A DNA stretch of 53,337 bases, from assembly GCA_905236865.1 (NCBI GenBank), contig CAJOQX010000173.1, forward strand, positions 1 through 53,337, given 5' to 3'. The stretch's first letter is position 1, and every line of letters begins with the position of its first letter. Both the position numbers and the translations under genes were made by a program. Shown piece by piece: positions 1 through 6,364 of this stretch. The notes under the pieces were generated by a model. It had not been told where the DNA came from. It saw only the letters and a program-made list of their open reading frames with translations, and made no database searches. This DNA comes from Candidatus Rifleibacteriota bacterium (GTDB lineage: Bacteria > Muiribacteriota > Ozemobacteria > Ozemobacterales > Ozemobacteraceae).

Positions 1-1431
1 CTGTGCTTCGATTCTGCTTCTAACAAATGCAACTAGGCGTTCTTTTCTGCGTTCATGAGTTCTCCAAAGTTCTTCCATTGGAATCATGTCTATTTTTTCC
101 CAAACGGTTTGGTCTCCTGGATTGTTTGTCCAGCGAGGACCTAAATATCTGTCGAATAGAGCAGACATTTCCTGAGAAGCATAAGAACGAGTGTGAACAC
201 CATTTGTAATAGACTTAATCGGGATTTCTTGGAATGGAACATCTGGATATAATCCACCCCACATCTTGCGTGATACAGCACCGTGCAATTTACTAACGCC
301 GTTTGCTTCACCGCAAAGATTCAATGCACAAACTGCCATTGAGAAGCCATCACCCTTTGGAGTGTTGTTCTGCCAACCAATTTTAAGGAAATCATCCCAA
401 CTAATACCTAATTTTGAATAATAATTAGTGAAATATTTTTCCATTAAATCACGTGGGAAAATATCGATACCTGCGGGAACTGGAGTGTGAGTTGTGAATA
501 CGTTACCAGCACGAGTAAGTTCCAATGCTTCACGATAATTCATGTTATGTCTTTCCATAGAAACAGCAATTCTTTCGAGTGCTAGGAAAGCAGAGTGACC
601 TTCATTCATATGATATACGCAGGGATGAACTTCGATTGCGTGTAATGCACGTAAACCACCGATACCAAGAACTATTTCTTGCATAATACGAGTTTCAGTG
701 TCGCCACCATAAAGTTCACGAGTAATCCATCTGTCGCCAGCGTTGTTCATTGGAGTATCTGTATCTAACAAATAAAGAGGAACACGACCAACTTGGAGTT
801 TCCACAACAAACATTTTACTTCACGACCAGGTAATTGAACGGTTATGACAATCTGATTTTTATTAGCGTCAAGAACTGGAGTGATTGGCATATTATGGAA
901 GTCATTTTCTGGATAAACTTCGATTTGATAGCCACCAGCATTGAGTTTTTGTTTAAAATAACCAACTCTATATAGTAAACCTACAGCTACTAATGGAACC
1001 CCTAAATCTGATGCAGATTTTAAATGGTCACCTGCAAGCATACCAAGACCGCCTGAATAAAGTCTAACACTTTCTGTAAGACCAAATTCAGCAGAAAAAT
1101 ATGCAACTTTGGGTTTGCTTCTAGAACCATGATTTATATCAAACCAAGTTTGGGTATCATTCATATAAGCGGTAAAGCTTTCATAAACTCTTTGAAGGTT
1201 AGCTAAGAAAGCTTCGTCTTTTGCTTTAGCTTCAAGACGTTCTTGAGAAATAGAACCAAGCATTTTAACAGGGTTATGATAGGTTTCTTCCCATTGTTTT
1301 GGGTCTAAACGACGCCACAATGCTATAGCTTCTGGATTCCAGCACCACCAAAGGTTGTATGCTAAGTCTTTGAGATGAGCAAGTGGTTCTGGTAAACTTG
1401 GAACTACGATAAAAGTTCTAATAGGCTTCAT
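1..1431 (-). CDS. glgP: alpha-glucan (glycogen/maltodextrin) phosphorylase, GT35 family; N-terminal 477 codons only, gene runs off the left edge of the window
   Basis: Absent from the supplied ORF track because no stop lies inside the window. Reverse-complement translation from ATG (1431..1429) reads MKPIRTFIVVPSLPEPLAHLKDLAYNLWWCWNPEAIALWRRLDPKQWEE...YSGGLGMLAGDHLKSASDLGVPLVAVGLLYRVG...AGNVFTTHTPVPAGID... In the stretches I translated by hand I met no stop, and the frame ends exactly at base 1. Motifs match the alpha-glucan phosphorylase N-terminal and core regions. Confidence 0.85.
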   Translation of the reverse strand, partial: MKPIRTFIVVPSLPEPLAHLKDLAYNLWWCWNPEAIALWRRLDPKQWEETYHNPVKMLGSISQERLEAKAKDEAFLANLQRVYESFTAYMNDTQTWFDINHGSRSKPKVAYFSAEFGLTESVRLYSGGLGMLAGDHLKSASDLGVPLVAVGLLYRVGYFKQKLNAGGYQIEVYPENDFHNMPITPVLDANKNQIVITVQLPGREVKCLLWKLQVGRVPLYLLDTDTPMNNAGDRWITRELYGGDTETRIMQEIVLGIGGLRALHAIEVHPCVYHMNEGHSAFLALERIAVSMERHNMNYREALELTRAGNVFTTHTPVPAGIDIFPRDLMEKYFTNYYSKLGISWDDFLKIGWQNNTPKGDGFSMAVCALNLCGEANGVSKLHGAVSRKMWGGLYPDVPFQEIPIKSITNGVHTRSYASQEMSALFDRYLGPRWTNNPGDQTVWEKIDMIPMEELWRTHERRKERLVAFVRSRIEAQ

Positions 1432-1572
1432 TAAGTGTAAGTCTCCTATTTTTTAGTAAAAATTATGTATGCAAAATTTATATCATTAGTGACATATAAT
1501 TCGCAAGAGGGAAATTAAAAATAATATAAAATAAGGGTGAAGAAAAATGAAATTTGAAAAACGAATTGATTG

Positions 1573-2169
1573 TTAGTTAGTAGGGAGTGGTTGTTCAGAT
1601 TTTGGAAGAGGTCTGAAAATAACTATAACTTCATAAATAATAAGACAGCTAACTATTACAATTAGAAAATATTTTAAACCTAAGTCTATATTGTAAACAT
1701 TAGCCTTCTTTATTCCTAAGAAATTACGATGAATATCTGCTTCAGCTTCATCATTATTTTTTTCTGCCAATTCAAGATAAACTAGTCTTAATTTTGAATT
1801 GTTTGGGTTAAAAAGCAATTTTTTATCTAGTTCAATCTTTGCTTTATCGTAAGGCATTTTTTTTATTGTATTAAAAAAGTCGTTTTCTGTTCTAAGAATT
1901 ATATCAGAAGGAATGTCTGAATTTTCATTTGTGAAATACTCTGTATTAGATAGAGTCGGATCAATTGACTTAGCCTGGTCCAAATAATTCTCTGCCATCT
2001 TTGGGTTTCCAGCAAGAATCGCATTCTTTGATTTTATAATAAGAGAAGAACTAACTTGCTGTTTGTTTATTTCTTCTTTCGAGGAAGCATTAACTGAAAA
2101 ATTAAAGCATAAAGCAACTAACAAAAGAGTTGCAAATATGACTATGTTATGTAAAAAAGAGTTCTTCAT
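1573..2169 (-). CDS. hypothetical protein with N-terminal signal-like segment, helical TPR-like middle and C-terminal hydrophobic anchor
   Basis: 198-aa ORF. N-terminal hydrophobic stretch is IVIFATLLLVALCFNFSVNA and C-terminal hydrophobic stretch is YFLIVIVSCLIIYEVIVIF. AGGA lies upstream of the ATG. No catalytic motif recognised. Confidence 0.5.
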   Translation of the reverse strand: MKNSFLHNIVIFATLLLVALCFNFSVNASSKEEINKQQVSSSLIIKSKNAILAGNPKMAENYLDQAKSIDPTLSNTEYFTNENSDIPSDIILRTENDFFNTIKKMPYDKAKIELDKKLLFNPNNSKLRLVYLELAEKNNDEAEADIHRNFLGIKKANVYNIDLGLKYFLIVIVSCLIIYEVIVIFRPLPKSEQPLPTN

Positions 2170-2244
2170 CAGTTAATAATCCTGCTTTTACAGCTTTCAC
2201 ATATTTATATTTTCAATATTATACATTTATATATAACAACATTT

Positions 2245-2283
2245 CCAATAAAGACTAACTAGATTACTCTATGTCTTTATTGG
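2245..2283. repeat. perfect 11-bp inverted repeat (ccaataaagac / gtctttattgg) with a 17-nt loop, in the intergenic region downstream of the second GalT paralog
   Basis: Read directly: arms at 2245..2255 and 2273..2283 are exact reverse complements. There is no strong U-tract on either strand, so it is either a weak terminator or a protein-binding palindrome. Confidence 0.45.
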
Positions 2284-2304
2284 TTATCGGCTAAATTGTT
2301 TTTT

Positions 2305-3306
2305 TTATTTAATTTCTACAGCACGAAGAGCTTCGGCAGCATCTTCTGGTGGAGTTGGATTGATATAAAAACCAGAACCCCATTCAAAACCAGCGGTTTT
2401 CGTAAGTTTTGGTATTATTTCTATATGCCAATGGTAGAAGTCTTTGTAAGAATCAGAACAAGGCGATGTATGAAGAATATAATTATATGGTTGTCCTGGA
2501 AGCAATGCTTCAAGTTTCTTTAATGTTAATTGTAACGTTTTTGCAAATAAAGGAACCATCGAATTTTCCAACATTTCAAAAAATGGGAGATGGGCTTTGG
2601 GTGTAATTTCCATTTCAAATGGAAATCTGGAGGCAAAAGGACAAAATACTATAAAGTTATCATCTTCAAAAACAAGTCTGCTTTTACTTTTTGATTCTTG
2701 TTTTACTATATCGCAAATAAGACATCTATCATGATAGTGAAAATATTCTCTAGCACCTTCTAATTCTTCTTCTATTCTTTTGGGGATTATCGGTGTCGCA
2801 ATAATATGAGAATGGGAGTGAGATAATGCAGACAAACCTGCCCCACTATTTTTTACAATCATTAAATGTTTGTATCTTGGATTCTTTTTTAATTCAAGCA
2901 TACGTTGCTTATATGCCCAAATAATTTCTTTTACTTGATTTTCTGTAGCATTGGAAATGGTTGTATTGTGTTCTGGTGCTTCTATAACCATTTCATGAAC
3001 TCCGATGGAATTCATAGCATCGAACATACCTATGCCTTCACGATTTGAATCCCCATCTGGAATTAATATAGGCATTTTATCTGGTATTATTCTTACCCAC
3101 CAACCTGGTGTATTGGCGGCAGTTCCAGCAGTTCTAAAAGACATAGTTTCTGGTGGAGTCATAGATTCATGTCCTACGCAGAACGGGCAGTTTTGTGCAT
3201 CATCAGAAGCTACTTCAATTCTTTTGAAGTCTGAAGGACGTTTTCCCCTTTCTGGAGAAATAATAACCCATTGTTTAAGAATAGGATCTTTTCTTAGTTG
3301 TGGCAT
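2305..3306 (-). CDS. GalT-family (HIT superfamily branch III) hexose-1-phosphate nucleotidyltransferase paralog with variant HSHSH active-site motif
   Basis: The ORF track extends to 3393, which would overlap the upstream paralog. ATG at 3306 gives MPQLRKDPILKQW..., the same N-terminus as the paralog. It is preceded by AAGGAAGG and lies 14 nt after the upstream stop. CPFC zinc motif is present, LSHSHSHIIATP replaces the HPHxQ motif, and the C-terminus has TAGFEWGSGFYINP. Confidence 0.8.
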   Translation of the reverse strand: MPQLRKDPILKQWVIISPERGKRPSDFKRIEVASDDAQNCPFCVGHESMTPPETMSFRTAGTAANTPGWWVRIIPDKMPILIPDGDSNREGIGMFDAMNSIGVHEMVIEAPEHNTTISNATENQVKEIIWAYKQRMLELKKNPRYKHLMIVKNSGAGLSALSHSHSHIIATPIIPKRIEEELEGAREYFHYHDRCLICDIVKQESKSKSRLVFEDDNFIVFCPFASRFPFEMEITPKAHLPFFEMLENSMVPLFAKTLQLTLKKLEALLPGQPYNYILHTSPCSDSYKDFYHWHIEIIPKLTKTAGFEWGSGFYINPTPPEDAAEALRAVEIK

Positions 3307-3320
3307 ATTGAATTCCTTCC

Positions 3321-4316
3321 TTATTTGCCTTTTATTAAGAACTGTGCTGCTTTTTCTGGAGCAACAGGATTTATATAGAAACCAGAACCCCATTCAAAAC
3401 CAGCAGTTTTAGATAATCTAGGCAAAATTTCAATGTGCCAGTGATAATAATCAGCACAGTGTTCATCGCAGGGCGAGGTGTGAATTACAAAATTGAAAGG
3501 TGGATTATCTAAAGTTTTTATTAGTTTTTGCAAAGTCGAGTGCATAACATCAGCTAGACCTTCTATTTCTGACTCGTCTATATCTCCAAAAGAGTCTTTG
3601 TGGTCTTTAGGTGCAATCCAAGTTTCAAAAGGGAATCTTGAGGCAAAGGGTTCAAATGCAACGAATTGTTCATTTTCATGAACAACTCTGTCACCTTGAC
3701 TAAGCTCTTGTCTTATTATATCGCAGAAAACGCATCTTTCTTTGTAATAATAATATGTTTTTGCTCCATCAATTTCTTCCATAGCTCTTTTGGGAATAAT
3801 AGGAGTAGCTATAAGTTGAGAATGTGGATGGTCAAGACTTGCACCAGCTGCTTGTCCATTGTTTTTAAATATTAAAATATATCGAAATCGGCGGTCGCGT
3901 CTTAAATCACGATAACGATCGACATAAGCATGAATAATTCTTGCTATCTGTTCCGCTGTGTAATTGTGGAATCCGTCTTCGTGGCGAGGGGATTCAATTA
4001 TTACTTCGTGTGCACCTATTCCGTTCATCATATCATAAACGCCAATACCAGTACGATCCAAGTCACCTTCTATTTGTAAGGCAGGAAATTTGTTTGGAAC
4101 TACTCTAACTGCCCATCCTGGATTGTTTGGTAAAGTGTCTGGGGTTCTATATGACATTACTTCTGGAGGCGACATACTTTCGTTGCCTTCGCAGAAAGGA
4201 CATTTTATTGATTGACGAGGAGGCTGAACCGTCTTGAAATCTTCAGGGGTTTTTGCCTGTTCATGTAATATAATAACCCATCTTTTTGTAACTGGGTCTT
4301 TGCGAAGCTGAGGCAT
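3321..4316 (-). CDS. galT: galactose-1-phosphate uridylyltransferase-like nucleotidyltransferase (class I GalT / ADP-glucose phosphorylase family)
   Basis: 331 aa. Has the KCPFCEGNE zinc motif and the canonical LDHPHSQLIATP (HPHxQ) nucleotidyl-histidine motif. AAGGAG lies 9 nt upstream of the ATG. The actual substrate (UDP- versus ADP-hexose) cannot be read from sequence. Confidence 0.85.
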   Translation of the reverse strand: MPQLRKDPVTKRWVIILHEQAKTPEDFKTVQPPRQSIKCPFCEGNESMSPPEVMSYRTPDTLPNNPGWAVRVVPNKFPALQIEGDLDRTGIGVYDMMNGIGAHEVIIESPRHEDGFHNYTAEQIARIIHAYVDRYRDLRRDRRFRYILIFKNNGQAAGASLDHPHSQLIATPIIPKRAMEEIDGAKTYYYYKERCVFCDIIRQELSQGDRVVHENEQFVAFEPFASRFPFETWIAPKDHKDSFGDIDESEIEGLADVMHSTLQKLIKTLDNPPFNFVIHTSPCDEHCADYYHWHIEILPRLSKTAGFEWGSGFYINPVAPEKAAQFLIKGK

Positions 4317-4351
4317 TTGTCACTCACTCCTTAATTCCTTGAATGGGTTGA

Positions 4352-4380
4352 ATTATACTATAGTAAATACTAATTGGCAA
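4352..4380 (-). promoter_or_regulatory. sigma70-type promoter for the two GalT paralogs (TTGCCA-17 nt-TATAAT on the minus strand)
   Basis: Minus-strand -35 TTGCCA at 4380..4375, 17-nt spacer, perfect -10 TATAAT at 4357..4352, about 35 nt upstream of the ATG at 4316. Confidence 0.5.
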
Positions 4381-4518
4381 TATTTATTTATGTATTTATA
4401 AGGTTATATATAGGGAAAGAGCCTATAAAAAACAAATACTGTCAATCATGATGTCTATTAGAACAAGATTTACCTATCTGTAGCTTTTGAAAAAAGGTAC
4501 ATCTTTAAAAGAAAAAAG

Positions 4519-4547
4519 TTGACAAGTTGTGTACACTCGGTTAATCT
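4519..4547 (+). promoter_or_regulatory. sigma70-type promoter for the 4602 gene (TTGACA-17 nt-TAATCT)
   Basis: Perfect -35 TTGACA at 4519..4524, 17-nt spacer, -10 TAATCT at 4542..4547. The spacer contains the TTGTGTACA motif. Confidence 0.45.
4527..4535 (+). promoter_or_regulatory. copy 1 of recurrent 9-mer TTGTGTACA, inside the promoter spacer of the 4602 gene
   Basis: Exact TTGTGTACA read at 4527..4535, between the -35 and -10 hexamers. Confidence 0.4.
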
Positions 4548-4601
4548 AATAGAGTACGCAATTGATTTGCTTATAATGGTAATTAAATAGAGGTAACCAA
4601 A

Positions 4602-5243
4602 GTGGGAAGAAAAAGAACCTGTGAATTGCCTTTCTGTCATGGTATTGTAGAGGGCACGAAAAACAAAAGAAGATGTGATAACGACAAAAATATACATTTA
4701 CATGAAATTATTTCTAAGAGCGTGAGACGTATTATGCGTTATCTTGAAAATCATGGCGAAGTAACGGCTAATGATGTTAATCATGATTTATTCAAGGGTG
4801 AACTTGATAAAAATCAAAAAGGTTCTATGTATCGTTTATTTCAAGCTATGGTACGTGAAAACTATTTGCTTGAATGTGGGAAAAAAGATGGTTTAAAGAT
4901 TTACCGATGTTCGAAAAGCAAATTTTTTGATAAAGTAGCAGAAAACGAAGCTGCTAAAACTGACAATATCGAAGAAAAAGAATTAAATAATGAAAAAGAA
5001 GAAATAGAAGAACAGGTTCAACCAGCTCCAGTTATTATTGAAAGACGGTTGAGCCCAGAGGAAATATTATTAGGTAAACTGAAAGAATTTGTCTATATGA
5101 AGAGCGGACAATGGAATCATGAAGATTGGATTTGGTTATTAAACCGTCCAGACATAAAAGAATTTGGTATGTCTGAGAACGATATTGGTCGTTTATTGGA
5201 AGAAGAAAAAGCGCGTTATTGGTTACAAAGAAATAATTACTGA
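4602..5243 (+). CDS. hypothetical protein: basic Cys/His-containing N-terminus, winged-helix-like segment, acidic linker, Trp-rich C-terminal domain (putative DNA-binding)
   Basis: GTG start at 4602 with GAGGT 8 nt upstream. N-terminus is MGRKRTCELPFCHGIVEGTKNKRRCDNDKNIH. The segment VRRIMRYLENHGEVTANDVNHDL...MYRLFQAMVRENYLLECGKKDGLKIYR looks like a winged helix. The gene is followed by an intrinsic terminator. The function call is inference only. Confidence 0.6.
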   Translation: MGRKRTCELPFCHGIVEGTKNKRRCDNDKNIHLHEIISKSVRRIMRYLENHGEVTANDVNHDLFKGELDKNQKGSMYRLFQAMVRENYLLECGKKDGLKIYRCSKSKFFDKVAENEAAKTDNIEEKELNNEKEEIEEQVQPAPVIIERRLSPEEILLGKLKEFVYMKSGQWNHEDWIWLLNRPDIKEFGMSENDIGRLLEEEKARYWLQRNNY

Positions 5244-5249
5244 TAGCTA

Positions 5250-5283
5250 AAAAAGCACTCATTTATATTGAGTGCTTTTTTAT
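5250..5283 (+). terminator. intrinsic terminator of the 4602..5243 gene
   Basis: Stem agcactca (5254..5261) pairs with tgagtgct (5269..5276) around a 7-nt loop, followed by a T-run at 5277..5282. It lies 7 nt after the stop codon. Confidence 0.75.
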
Positions 5284-5303
5284 ATTTATTAATTGTCATA
5301 TAT

Positions 5304-5345
5304 CAAAAAAAACACCAGATTAAACTGGTGTTTTTTTTTTTTTTT
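5304..5345. terminator. bidirectional intrinsic terminator between the convergent 4602 gene and the polyacidic gene
   Basis: Stem acaccag (5312..5318) pairs with ctggtgt (5325..5331). It is flanked by an A8 run upstream and a 15-nt T-run downstream, so it gives a U-tract on both strands. Confidence 0.75.
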
Positions 5346-5380
5346 GATGTTAGAGATATAGGTATATGTTAAAAATTTAA

Positions 5381-5800
5381 TTACTCATCATCATCATCAT
5401 CGAAGTCGTCGTCATCGTCGTCATCGAAGTCATCATCATCGTCGTCATCGAAGTCATCATCGTCTTCATCATCGAAGTCATCATCGTCATCTATATCGTC
5501 ATCGAAGTCGTCATCTTCGTAGTCATCGTCATCGTCTTCGTAGTCGTCGTCTTCATCTATATCGTCATCGAAGTCATCATCGTCTTCGTCATCTTCTTCG
5601 CTATCATCGTCATCATCGAAGTCGTCGTCGTAATCATCGTCTTCGTCTATATCATCATCGTCATCATCGTCATAATCGTCGTCATCGAAATCATCGTCAT
5701 CGTCGTCATCGAAGTCATCGTCATCGTCGAATTCTTCATCATCATCGAAGTCATCGTCGTCTTCATCGAAGCCTTCTTCATCATCGAAGTCTTCATCGTT
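5381..5800 (-). repeat. imperfect tandem GAT/GAC (Asp codon) tracts punctuated by TTC/TAC/ATA codons; cryptically repetitive coding DNA
   Basis: The plus strand shows recurring units such as catcgaagtcatcatcgtc across about 400 nt. Confidence 0.7.
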
Positions 5801-5860
5801 ATGTTTTGGCTTTGAAGCAAGAAGTTCTAACTCTTCATTATCATAATAATATTTTGGCAT
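5381..5860 (-). CDS. extremely acidic low-complexity protein (159 aa; Asp-rich with periodic Phe/Tyr/Ile)
   Basis: ATG at 5860 (MPKYYYDNEELELLASKPKH...) with GGGG/AAAGGGG SD-like sequence 8 nt upstream. The ORF-track start at 5893 lacks one. After residue 20 I count 116 Asp/Glu among 139 residues with no Lys/Arg/His. It is the only long open frame here and is bracketed by a promoter-like sequence and a terminator. Confidence 0.7.
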   Translation of the reverse strand: MPKYYYDNEELELLASKPKHNDEDFDDEEGFDEDDDDFDDDEEFDDDDDFDDDDDDDFDDDDYDDDDDDDIDEDDDYDDDFDDDDDSEEDDEDDDDFDDDIDEDDDYEDDDDDYEDDDFDDDIDDDDDFDDEDDDDFDDDDDDDFDDDDDDDFDDDDDE

Positions 5861-5919
5861 TATGATTACCCCTTTCTGGTTGTCAAGTGTCAAAATTGAA
5901 TTAACTATTTTCAGTTTGA

Positions 5920-5949
5920 AATATATGCATAGTTATATCTTACTGTCAA
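5920..5949 (-). promoter_or_regulatory. candidate sigma70-type promoter for the polyacidic gene (TTGACA-18 nt-TATATT on the minus strand)
   Basis: Minus-strand -35 TTGACA at 5949..5944, 18-nt spacer, -10 TATATT at 5925..5920, about 60 nt upstream of the ATG at 5860. Confidence 0.35.
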
Positions 5950-6284
5950 CTAAATTTTTTATTTTTTATAATATTTTTTCGTTTTTAAAAACTCAAAGAC
6001 AAAATAATGTTGAAAATAAATATAGCAAACAACAGAATGAATTATTTTTATAAATTTGGAAGCGTTTTTCCAGATGTATATAATAACTTTAACTAAATTG
6101 ATTTCTAAGCTCTAATTAATTATATGTATATCTGTAATCGTTTTATAATCAATAAAATAAGGTCTTGAATTTTAAAATTATATATGATTTTCGTTTTCTA
6201 AAATCAAAATTAGGGGTAATTTTAAGACAAACTAATATAAAATTAAGATAAGAACAAGATTTTAACTTGATAAAAATTTTAAAA

Positions 6285-6293
6285 TGTACACAA
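6285..6293 (-). promoter_or_regulatory. copy 2 of recurrent 9-mer TTGTGTACA (minus-strand orientation), 9 nt upstream of the ffh -35 hexamer
   Basis: Plus strand reads tgtacacaa at 6285..6293, the reverse complement of TTGTGTACA. Confidence 0.35.
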
Positions 6294-6301
6294 TATTATG
6301 C

Positions 6302-6330
6302 TTGACTATTAGGTAAATATAGTTTAATAT
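6302..6330 (+). promoter_or_regulatory. sigma70-type promoter for the ffh-rpsP-...-rplS operon (TTGACT-17 nt-TAATAT)
   Basis: -35 TTGACT at 6302..6307, 17-nt spacer, -10 TAATAT at 6325..6330, about 35 nt upstream of the ffh ATG. Confidence 0.5.
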
Positions 6331-6364
6331 ACTTCCACTGATTTGGAATATAGGAGATAAATAG

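Noticed and set aside
27-209. 60-aa + strand ORF at the left edge.
   Set aside because: It lies antisense to the well-supported glucan phosphorylase reading frame, has no SD and a low-complexity hydrophobic sequence.
3307-3393. ORF-track N-terminal extension of the second GalT paralog (start at 3393).
   Set aside because: It would overlap the upstream paralog by 73 nt. The internal ATG at 3306 reproduces the paralog's MPQLRKDP N-terminus and has an SD.
2296-3412. Antisense ORFs opposite the GalT genes (2296..2523, 2409..2606, 3005..3412). Similar antisense ORFs lie opposite dxs (24999..25391), the HD-GYP gene (36230..36685), the 640-aa gene (31802..32269) and the GGDEF gene (37719..38027, 39255..39581).
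   Set aside because: Each is opposite a gene with strong motif support. Their sequences are low-complexity and none has a ribosome-binding site.
5861-5893. ORF-track extension of the polyacidic gene (MTLDNQKGVII...).
   Set aside because: The internal ATG at 5860 has a G-rich SD at the right distance, whereas the upstream ATG has none.
5894-6284. 470-bp AT-rich spacer upstream of ffh, scanned for an sRNA, SRP RNA or small ORFs. It includes the 63-aa ORF 5862..6053 and a TTGGAA-17-TATAAT match near 6060-6090.
   Set aside because: I found no conserved-looking structure or terminator, and the ORF is hydrophobic AT-rich noise. Promoter-like hexamers are expected by chance in DNA this AT-rich.
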